DNA of 64,000 bases from Vezdaea acicularis. Lineage: Eukaryota. Under the pieces are notes generated by a model. It was not told where the DNA came from. It saw nothing but the letters and a program-made list of their open reading frames with translations, and made no database searches. Position 1 is the first letter of the stretch; each line of letters starts with the position of its first letter. The stretch is taken from the NCBI GenBank assembly GCA_026025075.1, contig JAPEUI010000009.1, forward strand, positions 124,001-188,000, in the 5' to 3' direction. The translations under genes and the position numbers were made by a program. Below are positions 58,506 to 64,000 of the stretch, piece by piece.

Positions 58506-59153
58506 ATGAAATGTGAGTCTTCTAGAGTTTAAGATAAGATTGAAAGCCCCACTGGATCTTGTCTGTCTGACGCTACATGTATAGTCCTCAAAGTCGGTCG
58601 TGTGGCTATAATTACGAGGGGGAGATATGCAGGAAAGAAGGTATAACCTGCCTTCCTGAGCAATGCGATGCGGATGAGAGTCTTGATTTGCTCTGAGTGC
58701 TGTAGAACAGTTTAGCTCACGATCACTCGTATAGGTTGTTATAATTCAGCCTCTAGACTCGGGTTCGAAATCGCATCCATTCCCTCATGCCCTAGTCGCC
58801 GGCATTGAACGATACCCATCCACCGTGACCAAGCGTATGTCAGAAAAGAGAAGGGAGAAGCGAAGCAAGGTCAAACCTTTCATCAAAACGATCAACTACA
58901 ACCATCTCATGCCCACGCGGTATACTCTAGAGCTAGAAGGTCTTAAGGGCGTGGTTACCAACGACACGTTCAAGGAGGTGTCACAGCGTGAGGAAGCAAA
59001 GAAGACTGTCAAGAAGGCATTGGAGGAGAGATACACAAGCGGCAAGAACCGGTGGTTCTTCACCCCTCTAAGTAAGCTCCGAGCTCAGCCCTGATAGCTA
59101 AACTTGCGTCAATGTGCCGCCAAGCTATGGCTAACAGCTTAACAGGGTTCTAG
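58506..59153 (+). CDS. RPL27: 60S ribosomal protein L27 (eL27)
   Basis: [27 protein letters not shown]...[22 protein letters not shown]...[12 protein letters not shown]. Three introns; the last coding exon is 8 nt. Confidence 0.97.
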
Positions 59154-60416
59154 GTCTTTTCTTTGGGTTGGGCATCACCTTCAGTAAAAGATGGCATAAG
59201 GCTGTATATCGTTCACAAATAATTGAAAGCCGACATCCACGTTCACGCCTCCTGGTGATCATGCTTCAATATTGAAATGACATACGGGCATTATTCCCTT
59301 GGGTGCTAATTTATTACTCTACCCATAATCGCCATCAGGATAAGGCATATAGCCAATCTTTGGAAGATGTGAGAGACCTGGACTAACGTCCTCACCAAAA
59401 TCCTTCAGTCACGGCATCATTCCATTCGATCTAACCCACCTCACTGGAAGTGAAGATGCTTACATTCTTAACAACCCGGCGCGCTAAGGAAATATCAATC
59501 TATCTGATGCTATTAATGAAAACGCTGGGCCTCAAAGCACCTGAATTTTTCTGAGATTTTGAAGCACTCCGGATCTTCCCAGCCCCCCTTTCCAGCATCC
59601 TATAATAGGAATTCGAGTCTGTTGCCAAATCATTGCCCAATACTGATTTTCAGTCCTTCCTAGTCATCAACTTTACTAACATCTGCCTCACATATCTCAA
59701 CTTATGCTTATGTGAGTTAACAACCACTGCGCTTCTCGACTTGCTGCTTGGTAGCCATCAAAGTCTAGTGGTTGGTGTTAAATACAGCTACGAATATGTC
59801 TTGGTAATCGTAGGGCCAACGCTAGGTGTAACACCGGAATGAGGGCAACCCCGTTGGGGCGGGGGACCGCAGCCATGAAAGCCAAGTAATGAGCGAGACG
59901 CTGGTTGGTACTTGCTACGACCCCAGGTCCTTCATTCTTAAATACACGCTCAATTGCGTACGATTGATCCTATGGCATTAATGCTCGCTTTGGCTTACTT
60001 CATGTCTGGAGTTCTTATAACTTTAGCCGAATCCTAGGTGGCGGCTTATTGCCTCAGGCACAAAGCGGCTATGTCCCGCAAGGCAAGAAGGACTGGATTA
60101 CTGTGGAAGCTATGTGGTTATCGTAGAATTATCTCGTGATGAAATAAGTATCCTGAACTGTCAGACTGAGGGCGTTGGATAGAACTCTCGATTCAATTTA
60201 AAGCAAGTTGTCGCCCGACGACTGTATCACTGCGCCCCGTTTGTTTCAGGCTCCCTATTATTGACGCATGCTTCGTCACCCAACCACCACCTCCCCGAAG
60301 CATACGTTTTCTTCTCTTTCATCAACATCAACCTTCTTCCTTCGTCACATCAACAGTTTTCAACCTCAGCTTCAGTGCTGACGATCCTTTACGACATTCC
60401 ACTCTTTGTCAGCAAG

Positions 60417-61648
60417 ATGGTAGGCATCACTGGCCACCTCCTCCGTCGTGGCTTGGAGGCACATCAGCGCTTCCATGCTTCGGACAAGAAGATCGAGGGC
60501 TTCGAGCTCTCAGGATTGGCTATCGCTACAATCTACGCAACTGTTGCTACCATGGTCGTGATGCTCTTTGCTGTAAGTAGTGTCGCAAATTTGGGACCGT
60601 CTGATGATACAAGCGCTAATTCCATACTTGTTAGATTCGTTACACCTATGGCAACGTTGTTGCGACCTTGGCCATGATCGAGTCTCCCACTGAGACCATC
60701 TATGTTCAAGCAGAAAACCTCGACGATCCAGACTCTCCTTTGCTCACCGACAACGAAAAAAGCGGACTTCATCTCAAGGACGCCGAAATCCTCTTGGTCA
60801 AGAAAGAGAAGCCCATCACAGCCAGATTTTGCACCACGATCCGCCATCTCCGTGCCCGAGCGGGCATTTGGTCTCGATTCCGAGGTCTCACCATGTGGTC
60901 GTTCATGCATTTCTTTGCCTTCAATATTCACTATGCTCTCTCCTTCTGGGTCCCAGCACTTAAGGCTACTGGACTCGCTACGTTCCTCACTGTCCTCATA
61001 ATGAACTCCTACACCATGGCCTGGACCCAAATTGTGATCTCAGAATCATCTCCTCTACCATGGTATAAGCGCTTCCCAACCTTCGATGCATTGAAGAAGA
61101 CTGTTCCGGCTTCCGCAATCTACGCGGGTGCTCATGTTTTCTGCTGGGCTCTCCCTCGACTGGCTGTCATCGTCTTCGAACTCGATCAACCCATGCATAT
61201 GTTGGGCCGTACTGGCGAAAATAGCAAGCTTGATCCCAGGGAATGCCAGATAGTTATGATTAAGGCCTTCGCGGTTGGTATCATCGCGCTCGCTTCGGCA
61301 GTACTCTTGCTAGTACCTGCTAAGGTCACCTTGACGCGAGTCTACGCATCCCTTCTTCAGGAGGATATTGAGACTATTGTACCATTTGACCGCTCATTCG
61401 GCGGAAAGGTCGTCCCTGCTATAATTGGTGGTAGCGGTGCTATTGGCGAGCTCGATGCATGGAAGACCTTCGACTGGTCCGCTAGACTCAGGCTCCTTGG
61501 AGTATACGTCAAGGTATTCTTCATGCAGACCGCTGTCTCTATTGGGTTTATGGGGCTTGTTCTCTGTGAGCTTCGATACTTCATGGGCGACAACTTCGAC
61601 GTTCTGGTCGCCTCCGCCCATGAGAACATGAAGAAGGGTATGTTCTAA
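60417..61648 (+). CDS. Conserved fungal multi-pass membrane protein of unknown function
   Basis: MVGITGHLLRRGL...VMLFA|IRYTYGNVVATLAMIE, KPITARFCTTIRHLRARAGIWSRFRG, LTRVYASLL...ETIVPFDRSFGG and AWKTFD. Intron ~60573-60634. Confidence 0.85.
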
Positions 61649-62449
61649 GACGAGAGTGTCTCGAAGATGATGAGCTATTGCGTTGGAGCTGTCTGTCGGA
61701 GTAGGCTAAGACTGTGGGCTGGAGGAAAGCGGCGTTTTCATCTCATCACGATCGTGATATCACCTGGCATCCTGCCTTCTACTTTTTGTTCAGGATTAGT
61801 TTTCTCGAAGGAGACATGTAGCAAGCGCGATCCCTAGATATTCCTAAAGAAGAATTAAGCTCTTCTACCACTTGCTTGTCCTATTGCTTTGCTTATTTAC
61901 TTGACGTGATTGTTGTTCCATGAATACGGCAGTGTGGGTTGCCCCACACCAACGCCACTCGCCGCTACCGGATCTGACGTCGAGCCAGTCGAAGCTATTC
62001 AAGCTCAGCAACCTTGGCTTCAACCATACTCTGCTATCAACCACGGGTGAATGGACGCACGTTCATTTTTTGAGCTTTACCTCGACATCTAATTATTCGT
62101 CGTCATGCACAGCTTTAGCTAGCAATACCACTCTGATCACAACTACACATATTACCTTTGCCAGATTGAAGGTCGCCCGCTCACTGACGACTCCCCAGTC
62201 GCTCTTATCAATACATTCTGTCTTTTTCCAGATAGTTCGAAGCAGTGATAAGAAGCCTTCGCCCTGCTCACCTTAACCAAAGCTTTAACTCCCCGCCCTC
62301 AGTAATCTTTACGGATCCCGTCCAGATAGCGCTACACGTACGATAACCTACAACACCCCACTCTTCTGAACCAAAAAGCTAACCACCACCAGCTTGTTCC
62401 CACTTCCCCAGCCTGCAAGTCTCTCACGACCTCTAGAGCTCCCCACGCC

Positions 62450-63041
62450 ATGGCTATGCCAGCATCCGCAGGCTTGCTGCAACGGCAGCTCAAACAGATG
62501 CAAACGGACATGTTCATCCCGGGCGTCTCCTGCGGGCTAACCGGCGACTCGGTCTACGAGTGGGAGATAATGCTAATGATCAGCGACGAATGCAAAGACT
62601 ACGGCGGTACGAACTTCCTCACCCCCCCTCCAAACCCGTCCACTCCCTCTCTCAACCCAAAAGCTAAATCTCCATGTTTGCCCCCCTCTAGGCGGCTTCT
62701 TCCGCGCCTCCCTCACCTTCCCCCAAGAATACCCGCACCGACCACCGACCATGAAATTCCTGACGCCCATCTTCCACCCGAACATCTACCCCAGCGGCAC
62801 GGTCTGCATCAGCATCCTTCACCCTCCGCAAGACGACGAGTACGGCTACGAGTCGGCCGCCGAGCGCTGGAGCCCCGTCCAGACCCCCGAGACTATCCTA
62901 CTCAGCGTCATCTCCATGCTTAGTTCCCCCAATGATGAGAGTCCTGCGAACCTGGAGGCGGCGAAGCTGTGGAGAGAAGATCCGAAGGAGTTTCGGAGGC
63001 GCGTGAGGAGGTGTGTGAGGGATAGTTTGGAGGAGGGGTAG
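62450..63041 (+). CDS. Ubiquitin-conjugating enzyme E2, UBE2G1/Ubc15-like (acidic-loop family)
   Basis: FHPNIYPSGTVCISILHPP-QDDEYGYESAAERWSPVQ...SVISMLSSPNDESPAN. One intron at ~62608-62691. Confidence 0.93.
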
Positions 63042-63388
63042 GGCTGTGCAAGGGCTGAGGCTGGAGGTGGGCAGATCGAGTGGGAGATATACGGTATAGC
63101 GTGGACATGCAATGGGGGCGCTAGCGAGGTCAAAGGTCGTACTATCATGAGAGATCCATACGATACATACTTCCGAATGATCCATTGGCTTGAAATTGTT
63201 TACGCTTTGGCGAGCCGGCGCTCTGTCATTGTTTCTACGTACTACTATGCTATCATATTGTGTGCGAAAGCGCTTTGGATGGTTGCATGGGAATACCTGT
63301 GTCTACGAGACATCTATGCTGAACTTTCCTGCGCCAATGCGAATGCCAACTAACTCTGTAAAGGGGGTTCGAATGGCCAACAGGCGGG

Positions 63389-64000
63389 TCAATGCGTCCG
63401 TCGTATCGGTTTGGTACCCACGAATTTCCCGCCACAGAAGTAGCAAGTGTGGCATCCCTTCAGAAGCTCCAGGGCAAGCGCTGGCTCTCGCTGCCTCAGC
63501 CTTTTAGATGGATCCGCCGTGTGGCGGTCGAACTCGATAGCCATGCTCTTCTCGGCTTGAGTCAAGATTGCATCGGTAAGGTATTGTCTTCCACAAATGC
63601 CGCAGTACTTTGTTATGCCAGGTGCTTGGATAGCAAGAAAGGTAAGGGAACATCGGTCTAATATCTGTATTAGTAGAAGCCGCTGGGACGATAACAAGAG
63701 TCCTACCAAAGAAGTGGGGAATTTCGCCCGTGCAATAGGCTTGTGCTGACTTCGTGAGCCCGATTTGCGAACCGCAAAAGTCACAGCTTTCAATGAATAC
63801 CGGATCGTTGTCGAGATCCCTGCCTGAATCGTGCCGCAACCAATGAAGGGCCATTTCGCTGTCATTTTCCAATTCTGGCGGTGTTGATGGCCTTGGAAGT
63901 TCATTTAGGACTCTGCGGGCAGCAATGTACAGTATCCTAAGACTGATGTCGCTCGTTGCGACGCCATCCCGGGGGTACGACAGAATAGATTGTAAGAGCC
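63389..64000 (-). CDS. 3' end of a TFIIIC subunit with a C-terminal zf-TFIIIC-type zinc finger (Tfc8/Sfc9-like); 5' truncated
   Basis: Frame is open to the window end. ESCDFCG...AYC....HFF|DRCSLTFLAIQAPGITKYCGICG...CYFCGGKF. Intron ~63706-63658. Confidence 0.8.

Overview
Gene-dense, intron-containing DNA from a filamentous ascomycete (Pezizomycotina), judged from short GT-AG introns with CTRAC/CTAAC branch points and typical fungal orthologues. About 29 protein-coding genes can be modelled. Most are housekeeping genes, often in tight divergent pairs: VMA6/NOP58, RPC17, RPS0/uS15m, DGK1/SPB4, a BTB protein, mitochondrial SerRS/Arp10-11, a TLC protein, SNF12, an SDR, RPN6/SOF1, stomatin, a perilipin/CAP20-like gene missed by the ORF track, a ~2000-aa coiled-coil protein/RPL27, a membrane protein, a UBE2G-type E2 and a TFIIIC zinc-finger subunit. 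A ~10.5-kb all-plus-strand accessory block lies at 30.3-40.8 kb. It holds OGFr-like, MpaB-like oxygenase and aldo-keto reductase genes, a Cys/His microprotein, and three unannotated ORFs (52, 71 and 264 aa) that share an identically spaced ~45-aa motif, G-x2-W-x6-[FY]-x3-Y-x7-[EQ]L-x3-[YF]. This small gene family is the best candidate for an undescribed system. Other notable signals are a perfect 22-bp CACGTG-centred palindrome and a potentially pseudoknotted intron at the MpaB-like gene, a TP-repeat orphan with candidate PP1-docking motifs, and repeated C-to-G skew flips inside genes. No tRNA, rRNA, CRISPR array or recognisable transposon was seen. All product calls come from motif recognition by eye, not database searches.
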